In this document: in pieces, positions 49,644-58,792 of the stretch
How positions within the stretch are numbered: the first letter of the stretch is position 1
How the letters are laid out: each line of letters opens with the position of its first letter
DNA from: an uncultured Methylomirabilota bacterium
GTDB taxonomy: Bacteria > Methylomirabilota > Methylomirabilia > Methylomirabilales > 2-02-FULL-66-22
Direction of reading: 5' to 3'
Length of the DNA stretch: 64,000 bases
Assembly: GCA_963845565.1 (NCBI GenBank)
Contig: CAWJSJ010000001.1
Coordinates: 128,001-192,000, forward strand
The notes under the pieces: generated by a model
What the model was told of the DNA's origin: nothing
Database searches by the model: none
The model's input: the letters and a program-made list of their open reading frames with translations, nothing else
Translations under genes and position numbers: made by a program

Positions 49644-50426
49644 CTAACGGACGATGCGGAACTGGGCGGAGAGCGTCTGCAGCGGGGCGCCGCCGGCGAG
49701 CCGGGGGGTCCACGAGACGGTCAGCAGGTTGCCGCGGGCCGTCGCGTGCTGCAAGTAGAGGAATCCCTGGATGCTGGCGCCGGGAAGCAGCCGGCCTTCC
49801 CGCAAGCCAAGGATCAGCACGTTCTGGGCGCTGAGTTGGGGCCACCGGTACGGGTACGAATAGTACGGATCGGAATACCAGCCCGATCCGTAGGGGCCGT
49901 AGTACGGGCTCCAGAATCGCGGCCAATACGGATACCACGGGCCGGCGACGAGCGTCGGGCGGGGGCCCACGGGCGAGGGCCCGGTTGGGTGCGCGCTGCC
50001 GGACAGGGCACGGGCGACCTCACCGGGCGGGACCGCTCGGTATTGTTGCCTTTCGTCGTCCAAGGCCAAAAAATCTTCGTAGCGGACCTGCACCTCCTCG
50101 CTCAGCAGGTTTTCGATCTGGACCTGGATGGGGGTATAGTACCGTGGCAAGTCGCTGGGAAACGCGGACCAGGTATTCGGGAGGAGAGTGATCCGGACCC
50201 CTGCCTCCGTCAGCGTGACGCCGGGTTGTGCCGGCGCGGCCGCCGGTTCCAGGCGCGGCATCGCGGCGCACGCGCAGAGTACGCTCAGAGCGACCAGCAG
50301 GGCACCCCGGGTCCCACGGTGGAACCGCCCCGTTCGAGGCCGTCGGGACTGGGCGTACGACGGCGTCGGCGTCTTGATTTTTCCGGGAGGCGGGATATAA
50401 TACGACTGCGTGTGCAGGGGGTTCAT
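49644..50426 (-). CDS. Hypothetical lipoprotein with Tyr/Pro/Trp-rich segment (start uncertain)
   Basis: Hydrophobic stretch ending in LCAC; PWYPYWPRFWSPYYGPY low-complexity insert. Confidence 0.65.
   Translation of the reverse strand: MNPLHTQSYYIPPPGKIKTPTPSYAQSRRPRTGRFHRGTRGALLVALSVLCACAAMPRLEPAAAPAQPGVTLTEAGVRITLLPNTWSAFPSDLPRYYTPIQVQIENLLSEEVQVRYEDFLALDDERQQYRAVPPGEVARALSGSAHPTGPSPVGPRPTLVAGPWYPYWPRFWSPYYGPYGSGWYSDPYYSYPYRWPQLSAQNVLILGLREGRLLPGASIQGFLYLQHATARGNLLTVSWTPRLAGGAPLQTLSAQFRIVR
50374..50401 (+). promoter_or_regulatory. Sigma70-like promoter
   Basis: TTGATT-16-TATAAT. Confidence 0.55.
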
Positions 50427-50491
50427 GGTAACCATGATAGCAGGCTTTCTTGGAATTTCAACGGCGTGAGACCTCACCCAGAGGAGACCAG

Positions 50492-50836
50492 ATGGCCACT
50501 CCACGCGCTGACCTCGAGAAGTTGACCGCCCCCAAGCTCCGCGAGTTCGCCAACGCCACGTATCCGGACATCACGGGTGTCTCCGGGATGAAGAAGGAGG
50601 ATCTGATCGAGGCGATCGTCGCCGAGGAAATCCGACTTGGCCTGCGTCCGAAGCAACAAGAGCGACAGCAGGCTACCTCCGCGATGGGGGCCGGGCAGCT
50701 CAAAACGGCCATCCGCGACCTGAAGGCCTCTCGGAAAGCGGCGGTCGAGCAAAAGAGCAGCGCCGTACTGAAGCTCGCTCGGCTGCAGGTGAAGCGAATG
50801 AAGCGTCGGCTCCGAAAACTACGAGCGGCATCCTGA
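50492..50836 (+). CDS. Small basic protein with Rho N-terminal-like domain
   Basis: LEKLTAPKLRE.A...ITGVSGMKKEDLIEAI matches the Rho_N pattern, followed by a basic helical tail. GAGGAG RBS. Confidence 0.7.
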   Translation: MATPRADLEKLTAPKLREFANATYPDITGVSGMKKEDLIEAIVAEEIRLGLRPKQQERQQATSAMGAGQLKTAIRDLKASRKAAVEQKSSAVLKLARLQVKRMKRRLRKLRAAS

Positions 50837-50900
50837 GATTCTCTCCGGCCCCGATCGGTGTCTATCGGGGTCAATCCGCACGGCCTCCAGGAGGGTACCC

Positions 50901-51065
50901 ATGCCGACCTACGATTTGCGCTGCAGCGGCTGCCGAAAGAAGTTCACCCTGACGATGTCGATCTCTGACCGGGAACGGAAACGGATCAAGTGCCCGAAAT
51001 GCGGATCCCAGCGCGTCGAGGCGGTGTTCACGTCCTTCTTCGCCAAGACGTCTCGCAAGAGCTAG
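50901..51065 (+). CDS. FmdB family zinc-ribbon protein (not in ORF track)
   Basis: MPTYDLRCSGCRKKF...KCPKCGS; GGAGG RBS. Confidence 0.88.
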   Translation: MPTYDLRCSGCRKKFTLTMSISDRERKRIKCPKCGSQRVEAVFTSFFAKTSRKS

Positions 51066-51152
51066 GACGGTCCGTCCGGCGGCGCGGCGCGACACGTCGC
51101 CCGTTGTCGCCCCACCCGTATTTCTGGCGTACCCTGGCCATCCGATGAGGTC

Positions 51153-52265
51153 GTGATGATGCGCGTTTCGTCGCGTGCTCGTTGTGAGCGCTCTGCCGAT
51201 GCCGCGCATCGTCACCGCCTCCGTCTCCGCCGACCCGGACGATCCGGGGGGTTGTTTCCGCGGCGCGGCATCGCGGTCGTCTTGGCACTCTCGGCCGTGC
51301 TCGTGGGATGTGCCGCCACACCGCGGGGGGGCGACCCCAATCAGGCCATCATCGATACGGTGGCGCGCGTTCTCCCGGCGGTCGTGGACCTGGAAGCGTT
51401 CGCGACCGGGCCGGCTGTCCGCATTCTCGGCCGAGCACGCCGTGGGACAGGGGTCGTGGTCACCGACGCCGGCCACATTCTCACGGCGTCCCAGGTGGTC
51501 ATGGGTGCGGAGAAGCTGAACGTCACCTTTCCCGACGGCCGACGGGTGTCGGCTCGTCTCACCGCCCTGGATCCGGAGTCGGGACTCGCCATCGTGCACA
51601 TCCCCCCGTTCACCGGCATGGTGGTGGCGCCCATCGGCAGTTCCGCCGGTCTGAGGCTCGGACAGGCGTGCGTCGCCCTCGGCAGCCAGGGCGGGGACGT
51701 CCGTTCGGTGACCATTGGGGTCGTCAGCGCGTTCCCGCCATTCGAGGGATACTGGGAATATCGATTGGACCGTGTGATACAGACCGATGCGGCCATCCAT
51801 CCCGGCAGCTCCGGTGGCCCGCTGGTGGACGCCCAGGGGCGGGTGGTGGGGATCCTGTCGTTCAACCAGTCCGAGCTGCAGCGAGCGCACTTTGCCATCC
51901 CGGTGGATCTCGTCGCCGGCGGGAGGATGGACGAGTTGGTCCGGCACGGGCGGGTCCAGAGCCGCGCGGCCCGGCCGTGGCTCGGAACGTACACCGTGTC
52001 GGTCGACGGTGGCGTCGGCGTGGTGGCCGTGCTGCCCGGCAGTCCGGCCGAACGCGCGGGTCTCCAGCAGCGGGATCTGATCCTGCAGATCAACGGCGTT
52101 CCGGTCGATTCTCGCGGCGACTTCTATCAGGTCCTCTGGAAGGGCAAGGTCGGCGATCCCGTCGAGCTGATCGTGCGCCGCGAGGAGGACAACCTGAGTG
52201 TGACGGTCCGGGGGGAGGATCGACGGCGGTTCTACCTGTCCCCGCTCCAGGAGACGCGGCCGTGA
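51153..52265 (+). CDS. HtrA/S1C protease-like lipoprotein with PDZ domain (catalytic triad degenerate; start uncertain)
   Basis: Lipobox LVGC, GTGVVV, TDAAIHPGSSGGPL, PWLG and PDZ motif GSPAERAGL. Confidence 0.85.
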   Translation: MMMRVSSRARCERSADAAHRHRLRLRRPGRSGGLFPRRGIAVVLALSAVLVGCAATPRGGDPNQAIIDTVARVLPAVVDLEAFATGPAVRILGRARRGTGVVVTDAGHILTASQVVMGAEKLNVTFPDGRRVSARLTALDPESGLAIVHIPPFTGMVVAPIGSSAGLRLGQACVALGSQGGDVRSVTIGVVSAFPPFEGYWEYRLDRVIQTDAAIHPGSSGGPLVDAQGRVVGILSFNQSELQRAHFAIPVDLVAGGRMDELVRHGRVQSRAARPWLGTYTVSVDGGVGVVAVLPGSPAERAGLQQRDLILQINGVPVDSRGDFYQVLWKGKVGDPVELIVRREEDNLSVTVRGEDRRRFYLSPLQETRP

Positions 52266-52299
52266 TCGCGGCGGGCCGGCTCGGGAGGATGGACGGGTC

Positions 52300-53259
52300 A
52301 TGATCCTCGTCACGGGGGCCACCGGGTTCGTGGGGCGCCATCTGGTGCGGAGGTTGCTCGGCGCCGGCGAGGCGGTGCGGTGTTTCTGCCGGCCGGGGTC
52401 TTCCCGGGTCACCTGGCTGCGGTCGCAACCCGTCGAGACGGTTCTTGGTCATCTGCACGACCCCGAGAGCGTGGCGCAGGCGTGCCGTGGTGTCCGCCAG
52501 GTCGTGCATCTGGCCGCGCCCATCTTGGAAGTACGCGATGCGGTGATGGAGCAGTTCCATCGTCGGGCCACCGCCTGTCTGGTGGCGGGCGCGCGGGAAG
52601 CGCACGTCGAACGTTTCGTGACGGTGAGTCCGTTGGGGTGCGGCACGGCCGCGGGCCTGCCGTATCTCCGCAGTTGCGGGATCGCGGAGGAGTGCCTCCG
52701 GGCAAGTGGGCTTCCCTTCGCGATCCTCCAATCGTCGCTGATGTTCGGAGCAGGGGATCGCCTGATCGAGGGCAGCATTGGCCTCGTGCGACGCACCGGG
52801 CTGCAGGTCGTCCCAGGGACCGGGAAGACCATGCTGCAGCCGATCTGGGTCGGCGATGTCGTCTCGTGTCTGGTGCGCGCCCTGCGGGACGACGGGGTGC
52901 TGGATCGGACCATTCCGCTCGGCGGTCCGCAGCACCTGAGTTCCGAGGAGATCGCCGATCAGATCGGGCGGATGCTGAACCTTCCCCGGGTGAAGATCCA
53001 TCTGTCCGGCCGCGTGATGGGCTGGGCGGCGCGCCTCCTGGAGGGGTTGGGCCGCAACCCGCTGATGGGGTATCGGCACCTGGAACTCCTCGAGGTCGGA
53101 ACGATCACGGCGCCCGACGCGGTCAAACGGGCCTTCGGGTTTCAGCCGATGCCGCTGGTGGAGGGGGTGGCGTATCAACTGGGCGCCCGGCGGGACGTGG
53201 ACGCGTCCGAGCCACCGTCGGGTGTCGAGCGCCGCTCTCGAAGCCGGGATCGCCGCTGA
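52300..53259 (+). CDS. NAD(P)-binding SDR, NDUFA9-like epimerase/dehydratase family
   Basis: ILVTGATGFVG, QPIWVGDV and LGGP. Confidence 0.88.
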   Translation: MILVTGATGFVGRHLVRRLLGAGEAVRCFCRPGSSRVTWLRSQPVETVLGHLHDPESVAQACRGVRQVVHLAAPILEVRDAVMEQFHRRATACLVAGAREAHVERFVTVSPLGCGTAAGLPYLRSCGIAEECLRASGLPFAILQSSLMFGAGDRLIEGSIGLVRRTGLQVVPGTGKTMLQPIWVGDVVSCLVRALRDDGVLDRTIPLGGPQHLSSEEIADQIGRMLNLPRVKIHLSGRVMGWAARLLEGLGRNPLMGYRHLELLEVGTITAPDAVKRAFGFQPMPLVEGVAYQLGARRDVDASEPPSGVERRSRSRDRR

Positions 53260-53411
53260 CAGGTGGACGGGACCGGTGCGCGCCGACCCGCACCGGTCCA
53301 CCTGCCGACGTCCGCAATCGCCCTCCCGCATCGCTGGTTGCGATCCCCCCGTCCTACCGCATGCTGACGCGGCCCGGCGGTTGAACCTGCACAGGCCTGG
53401 GGAAAACGGCT

Positions 53412-54353
53412 ATGAGCGCTGCGCGCAGCCCGGTGGCCGGGGCACTCTGCTTGCTCCTGGCGGCGGCCATTTGGGGCGGGATGTACGTGGTCAGCAAGGT
53501 GGTGCTGGACTACATTCCCCCCATGACGCTCCTCGCCCTGCGCCTGGCCATCGGCGCGGCGACACTGCTGGTCGGCATGCGACTGAGCGGAGCGCCGAGG
53601 GCGCGGCGGTCGGATTGGCGAGGCTTGGCCTGGTTGGGGTTGGTGGGATACGGGGTCTCCCTGGGGGCGCAATTCATTGGGACACGGTTGTCCTCAGCGG
53701 GACACGGGGCGGTCCTCACCTCCATCACCCCGGCGTGCATTCTGCTCTTCGCCGCCCGGTTGCGCGGCGAGCGGATCACGCGCGCGCACGTGCTGGCCGT
53801 CGGGATCGCAACGGCGGGGGTGCTGCTGGTCGTCGAGTGGCCCCGAGGTTTCACGCTGGACGCCCGCGTGTTCTGGGGCGACCTTCTCCTCCTGCTGGCG
53901 GGGGTAACCTGGGCACTCTACACCGTCCGGTGCCGGATGTCCGCGGAGCGTTACCCCCCCATCACCGTGACGACCTACGCTATGGTCTTCGGTGTGTTCT
54001 GGGTGCTCCCCGCGACACCGCTGGAAGCCGGTGTGGCGTGGCGCTCGTTGGGTGTGGGCCTCTGGTGCGGGATCGCCTACCTGGGGGTGGTCTCTACGGC
54101 GGTCGCGTTCTATTTGTGGAACAAGGGCTTCACGATGCTGGATGCCGCCACCGGCTCGCTGTTCTTCTTTGCCCAACCGATCGTGGGGGCGCTGCTCGGT
54201 TGGCTGTGGCTGGGGGAGCCGCTGGGGGCGCGATTCGTGCTGGGCACGGCGGCCGTGATCGCGGGAGGTGTCCTGGCCACGTACCAGCGTTCACCCACGA
54301 CCGAGCAACGGGGCGCGGTGACGATGGCGCCGAGCGGCAAGAGGGATGGTTGA
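53412..54353 (+). CDS. DMT/EamA family transporter
   Basis: 10 TM segments; IWGGMYVVSK and GDLLLLLAGVTWALY. Confidence 0.9.
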   Translation: MSAARSPVAGALCLLLAAAIWGGMYVVSKVVLDYIPPMTLLALRLAIGAATLLVGMRLSGAPRARRSDWRGLAWLGLVGYGVSLGAQFIGTRLSSAGHGAVLTSITPACILLFAARLRGERITRAHVLAVGIATAGVLLVVEWPRGFTLDARVFWGDLLLLLAGVTWALYTVRCRMSAERYPPITVTTYAMVFGVFWVLPATPLEAGVAWRSLGVGLWCGIAYLGVVSTAVAFYLWNKGFTMLDAATGSLFFFAQPIVGALLGWLWLGEPLGARFVLGTAAVIAGGVLATYQRSPTTEQRGAVTMAPSGKRDG

Positions 54354-54377
54354 CGAACGAGCGCCGAACGCTTGCGC

Positions 54378-54407
54378 TTGACTTCCCGTCCGGTTGCCGA
54401 CTATTGT
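54378..54407 (+). promoter_or_regulatory. Sigma70-like promoter of the lgt operon
   Basis: TTGACT-18-TATTGT. Confidence 0.5.
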
Positions 54408-54497
54408 CCAATGCGGTGTGCTCGGCGGTGCGTTCGGTCGGCGGGGGAGTGTTATCTATTTGCGCTGCGAGCTGACCTCTTGAGATGAGGAGACCAG

Positions 54498-55271
54498 ATG
54501 TTCGCGTCACCGGGAGCCATTGTCTTCCAGTTCGGCCCGCTGGCCGTGCGGTGGTACGGTCTGCTGATCGCGTCGGGGGTCATGCTGGCAACCACGCTGG
54601 CACACCGCGAGGCGATCCGGCGCGGGCAGGATCCGGACCGACTGCTCAATCTGATCGTCATGGCGGTACTGATCGGCCTGGCGGGCGCGCGGCTCTATTA
54701 CGTGCTGTTCAACTGGGAATACTACGGGAGTCAGCCGCTGCGGATCTTTGCCATCTGGGAAGGGGGCCTGGCCATCCACGGCGGTCTGATCGCCGGGGCG
54801 GCCGCTGCCGTGTGGTATTGCCGTTCGGCGAGCCTCTCGGTCGCCGTGACGCTGGACATCCTGGCGCCCGGCGTGGCCATTGGGCAGGCCATCGGTCGGT
54901 GGGGAAACTTCTTCAACCAGGAGGCCTTCGGCGTTCCCACGGATCTGCCGTGGAAGTTGTACATCGATCCCTATTACCGACCGACGCACCTGAAGACCTT
55001 CGAGTACTTCCATCCGACGTTCCTGTACGAGTCGCTCTGGAATCTGCTGGTCTTCGGGATCCTCTGGTTCGGACTCCGGAAGCGGTTGGAGGGCAGGCCG
55101 GGGGCGTTGACACTCTGCTATCTTGGTCTGTATTCCCTGGGTCGGTTTTTCGTGGAGGGACTGCGGATCGACAGCTTGATGCTGGGGAGTCTGCGGGCGG
55201 CGCAGGCGATGAGCCTGCTCCTCGTGACGGTTGCGATCGTCGGTCTGGCGTTGATGGCGCGGAAGAAATAG
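54498..55271 (+). CDS. lgt: Prolipoprotein diacylglyceryl transferase
   Basis: RWYG, GARLYYV, WEGGLAIHGG, GRWGNFFNQE and HPTFLYES. Confidence 0.97.
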   Translation: MFASPGAIVFQFGPLAVRWYGLLIASGVMLATTLAHREAIRRGQDPDRLLNLIVMAVLIGLAGARLYYVLFNWEYYGSQPLRIFAIWEGGLAIHGGLIAGAAAAVWYCRSASLSVAVTLDILAPGVAIGQAIGRWGNFFNQEAFGVPTDLPWKLYIDPYYRPTHLKTFEYFHPTFLYESLWNLLVFGILWFGLRKRLEGRPGALTLCYLGLYSLGRFFVEGLRIDSLMLGSLRAAQAMSLLLVTVAIVGLALMARKK

Positions 55272-55286
55272 GCGGACATCCGGGCG

Positions 55287-55787
55287 ATGTCACGGACGGT
55301 CGGCTCCATTTTGCCGCCGCCGCTCTGGGAGCGGTTGCGGGGGAACGACTTGGCGGGGCGACTGGGGGCGGCCATCCTCATCGCAACCTCGGACGAGGCG
55401 GGATGGCCGCATCCCGCCATGCTCTCGTACGGGGAGGTGGTGGCGGTCGACACCTGCCGGATCCGCCTGGCGATCCACCCGACCAGCCGCACGGCGGCGA
55501 ACCTGCGACGCAGCGGACAACTCACCCTGTGCTGTGTCGAGGCCGGCCTCGTCTACTACGTGAAGGCTGCGGCCCGGGTGGAGGAGGATCCCATGGCGGG
55601 CATGCCGCATCTCGCGCGATTCGAGGCGACCGTGCAGACCGTGCTCGCCGACGAGGCCCGGCCAGAGACCGAGGCCGGGGCGGTCGTCACCGAGGGCATT
55701 CGTTTCGCCGTCGGCCGGCCGGCCTGGGCGGTCTTGCGCGACTGGGAAACCGTGGTGGAACGCCTGCGGGGTGACGCATGCGGCTGA
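55287..55787 (+). CDS. Pyridoxamine 5'-phosphate oxidase-like (FMN-binding split barrel) protein
   Basis: IATSDEAGWPH and SRTAANLRRSGQLTL pattern. Confidence 0.78.
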   Translation: MSRTVGSILPPPLWERLRGNDLAGRLGAAILIATSDEAGWPHPAMLSYGEVVAVDTCRIRLAIHPTSRTAANLRRSGQLTLCCVEAGLVYYVKAAARVEEDPMAGMPHLARFEATVQTVLADEARPETEAGAVVTEGIRFAVGRPAWAVLRDWETVVERLRGDACG

Positions 55788-56362
55788 TCGTGGGAATCTC
55801 CGGTTCGACCGGCGCCATCTACGGGATCCGGCTGTTACAGGTCCTGCGGAATCTCCCGGACGTGGAGACGCACCTCGTCGTCTCCGCCCCGGCCAAGCGC
55901 ACCATCCTCGAAGAGACCGATTACACGATCAAAGACGTCGAGGCGCTGGCGACGCGGAGCTACGACAACCGGGACATCGGCGCGGCGCCGGCCAGCGGAT
56001 CCTTCAAGACCATCGGAATGGCCATCGTTCCGTGCAGTATCAGGACCGCGGCGGCCCTGGCCACCTCGACGGGGGATACGCTCCTGTGCCGCGCCGGGGA
56101 CGTGACCTTGAAGGAGGGGCGCCCGCTGATCGTGGGGGTGCGCGAGACGCCGCTGCACGTCGGACACCTGCGGCAGTTGACGACCTTGGCCGAACTGGGC
56201 GCGGTGATCTTTCCACCGGTGCCCGCCTTTTACGACCGGCCCACGACCCTGGACGACATCGTCAACCATACCGTGGGGCGGATCCTGGATCGACTCCGCC
56301 TCCCCCAAGATCTCGTCCGGGAATGGTCGGGAACGCAGACGCCGCCGCCCAGGTCGCCATGA
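55778..56362 (+). CDS. ubiX: Flavin prenyltransferase UbiX
   Basis: VGISGSTGAIYG, ASGSF, VPCS, RAGDVTLKE, RETPL and PPVPAFY. Confidence 0.93.
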   Translation: MRLIVGISGSTGAIYGIRLLQVLRNLPDVETHLVVSAPAKRTILEETDYTIKDVEALATRSYDNRDIGAAPASGSFKTIGMAIVPCSIRTAAALATSTGDTLLCRAGDVTLKEGRPLIVGVRETPLHVGHLRQLTTLAELGAVIFPPVPAFYDRPTTLDDIVNHTVGRILDRLRLPQDLVREWSGTQTPPPRSP

Positions 56363-56889
56363 CCGTCGCCGCGCGGCCCAAAGCGCGCAGGGAAGCGGCC
56401 GGCCGGCCCCGAAGGGCGGTCCCGCCGGTCGGAACGGGTGTCATTGTCTCCGGGTCGCAGGGTTCGATCGTCGAATCCGCCGGCTGCCGGTGTGTCTTCT
56501 TCACGGCAGGAGATGGGCGGCTGCGGGTGTGGGGGACGGCCTTCTTCTCGCCCGGCGGGGTGAGCGTGAACTGCGTGGGCGGGGACGGGCCGCACATCGG
56601 AGCGGTGGCAATCGGCATTCCACGTCCGAGCCTGGCCCGGCCGGGTCGCCGCAGCTCCACGACGTCGGTCTTTGCCCTGACCGGCCACAAAGAGGACGAA
56701 CTGGCCCGGTCCATGGCGAGCGACCTGGCGCGGCGCCTGGGGGTGACGGCGGTCGTCGTGGCCGGCGTACACGTCGCGCGCGCCACACGGTCCGATATTG
56801 CTGCGGTGCTGCGGAATGCGGGCGAAGCGGTCCGCGCGATCCTCGCGTCGGCCGCCCGGACTCGTCGACAGGGAAGGAGACGACCATGA
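56359..56889 (+). CDS. LpdD-like (prenylated-flavin chaperone-type) protein
   Basis: GGDGPHIGAV...GHKEDELA...VVVAGVH motif set. Overlaps the ubiX stop (ATGA). Confidence 0.72.
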   Translation: MTVAARPKARREAAGRPRRAVPPVGTGVIVSGSQGSIVESAGCRCVFFTAGDGRLRVWGTAFFSPGGVSVNCVGGDGPHIGAVAIGIPRPSLARPGRRSSTTSVFALTGHKEDELARSMASDLARRLGVTAVVVAGVHVARATRSDIAAVLRNAGEAVRAILASAARTRRQGRRRP

Positions 56890-57245
56890 CACGTTGGAGT
56901 ATGGTGGGTTGCCTCGCTGCGCTCGGGGCGGCGACGGTGCTGGCCGGCCCGGCGACAGGCCGGGCCCAGGGGACGGCGCCGGCCGGCGGTGAGCAGCCCG
57001 GCCCGACGGGACGGGCGGTGACGGCCGGTGTCGGCGCGGTCGCCGGGACCGTCGTGTACTCACCCTTCAAGGCGTTCATCATGTGTCCGATGGGTGCGCT
57101 GGCCGCGGGAGCAACCTACGTCGTGACCGGGGGGGAAAAGGAGACGGCACACTACCTGCTGCGGCTGGGCTGCACCGGCACCTATCTCATCTCCCCGGCG
57201 ATGGTGCAGGGGCAGGAGGCGTTTCGACGGTACGACGAGCGCTGA
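56886..57245 (+). CDS. Hypothetical exported protein
   Basis: AGGAG RBS, signal peptide (AQG cleavage site) and two Cys. Confidence 0.65.
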   Translation: MTRWSMVGCLAALGAATVLAGPATGRAQGTAPAGGEQPGPTGRAVTAGVGAVAGTVVYSPFKAFIMCPMGALAAGATYVVTGGEKETAHYLLRLGCTGTYLISPAMVQGQEAFRRYDER

Positions 57246-57369
57246 GCCGGTGACGGATCAGGGCGGTGCGGGTGGCAGGATACGCCATCAGACGCGGGGC
57301 CGGCGGGGAGATGCCGTCGCTCGGCCGAAACACCGACCCGATCGTCGCCAGACGACGGAGACCCTCTCC

Positions 57370-57774
57370 TCACAACGCGCTCACGGTATAACGGACGTCG
57401 TCCACCTTTCCGTTCCGAAATCGCACGGTGAGGATCTTTTCCAGGCCGGCGCGGAGCGTGGTCGACGGGACGTAGTGGCGATACGACCACTCCTCGCCGG
57501 CGTTGCTGAAGACTTTGGTCTGCGGGTTGCCCATGATACCCACCACATCGGCCTGGGTGTGAACGCCGGACCGAATCAGCGGCACGCGGTTCTCGTCGAA
57601 ATCCTGCCCCTGCGTGCCGGACAGCCGTTGCGGTTCACCGCTGATCGCCGCCGCGCCGCCCACCAGGGTCATCGCGATCATCACTCCGGCACAGCCTGCC
57701 GTGGACGGCAGGGCAAATGCCAGGAGAGCGACCCGACTCCAGAGACCCATCCGCCCTGCGAGCCCGCCTGTCAT
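57370..57774 (-). CDS. BamE/SmpA-like lipoprotein
   Basis: Lipobox TAGC; G..FD.....I..G..TQADV..IMGNP...EEWSY...L.V.F.NGKV pattern. Confidence 0.7.
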   Translation of the reverse strand: MTGGLAGRMGLWSRVALLAFALPSTAGCAGVMIAMTLVGGAAAISGEPQRLSGTQGQDFDENRVPLIRSGVHTQADVVGIMGNPQTKVFSNAGEEWSYRHYVPSTTLRAGLEKILTVRFRNGKVDDVRYTVSAL

Positions 57775-57983
57775 TCCTGCCTCCTTCTCCGTGTCCCCTC
57801 CGCACGAGGAGACTGCCGCGCCAGGTAGTCTCGGACCATTTGGGCCAGGAGATCCTTAACCGTCGTCTCCTGCTCGAGGGCATGGATACGGAGCGCCTTC
57901 ACCAAGTCCGCCGGCAGCTTGGCCTGGAGGAGGCGTTCCGGTCCCGTCGCGACTATCGCTTTTCGACTCTGGGGCGTGCGCAT
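57771..57983 (-). CDS. Small ribbon-helix-helix-type DNA-binding protein
   Basis: LLQAKLPADLVKALRIHALEQETTVKDLLAQMVRDYL; GGAG RBS. Confidence 0.7.
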   Translation of the reverse strand: MRTPQSRKAIVATGPERLLQAKLPADLVKALRIHALEQETTVKDLLAQMVRDYLARQSPRAEGTRRRRQE

Positions 57984-58006
57984 CGGCGGTCTCTCCACGT
58001 ATGAGA

Positions 58007-58040
58007 GAATACTAATATTCTTCAATTATTAAAATGTCAA
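58007..58040 (-). promoter_or_regulatory. Promoter of the RHH gene with overlapping palindrome
   Basis: TTGACA-17-TATTAG in an AT-rich patch. GAATA-ctaa-TATTC overlaps the -10. Confidence 0.6.
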
Positions 58041-58165
58041 CATAATAGTATGCCATCATACTCTGGCACTGCTGCGCACTCCGGCCGCGAACGGGTCTGC
58101 GACGGTTTCCCCGCGCGAACGCGGGGCAGGCCGTGGGCCGGTGTGGCCGCGGCGGGGAAATCGGA

Positions 58166-58194
58166 TTGACACTCGCGCGCGGGCGTGTTAACCA
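58166..58194 (+). promoter_or_regulatory. Promoter of the NusG-paralog gene
   Basis: TTGACA-17-TAACCA. Confidence 0.5.
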
Positions 58195-58265
58195 ATTCCC
58201 GCGTTCCGTGCCGCGGTCCGCGCGGCGCGGGGCGACGGCGGTGCGGCCGGCGCCGGAGGGTGCGC

Positions 58266-58769
58266 GTGGATCAGTCGGGCCTGTCGTGGTATGCGCTGCA
58301 CACCCGTTCTCGGTGCGAGAAGCGAGTCCGGGCGCTGCTGGAAGCGCGGGGAATCGAGCCGTTTCTCCCCCTGGTGGAGCGGTGGCGGCAGTGGCAGGAT
58401 CGCCGGACGCTGGTGGCGTTCCCGTTGTTTCCGGGATACTGTTTCGCAAAAATTCCCCGGTCCCAGCGCGTGACGGCGCTCAGCACGCCGGGCGTGGTGC
58501 AGATCATCGGGAATCATGACGGCCCCCTGCCTGTGCCGGACGGCGAGATCGAAGCGGTCCGGCGTCTGGTGACCTGCACGCTGCCCTACGACCCGCACCC
58601 TTACCTGGACGAGGGGATGCCGGTCGAGGTCGTCCGCGGACCGCTCCAAGGCGTTCGGGGAGTGCTGGTCCGCAAGGGGTCTCGTGCGCGTCTGGTGATC
58701 CGGGTGACCCTGATCCATCAAGCCGCCTCCGTCGAGTTGGAAGCCTTCGACGTGAAGCCGGCGGACTGA
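58266..58769 (+). CDS. UpxY/RfaH/LoaP-type NusG paralog (transcription antiterminator)
   Basis: WYALHTRSRCEK, FLPL, PLFPGYCF, TPGV and KOW motif VEVVRGPLQGVRG. Confidence 0.9.
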   Translation: MDQSGLSWYALHTRSRCEKRVRALLEARGIEPFLPLVERWRQWQDRRTLVAFPLFPGYCFAKIPRSQRVTALSTPGVVQIIGNHDGPLPVPDGEIEAVRRLVTCTLPYDPHPYLDEGMPVEVVRGPLQGVRGVLVRKGSRARLVIRVTLIHQAASVELEAFDVKPAD

Positions 58770-58792
58770 CCACCATCGTCGGAAAGGAGCCT

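Noticed and set aside
50481..54500. Identical 14-mer GAGGAGACCAGATG at 50481 and 54487 as a target-site duplication
   Set aside because: It is an RBS plus start codon in both places, and there is no integrase or transposase between them.
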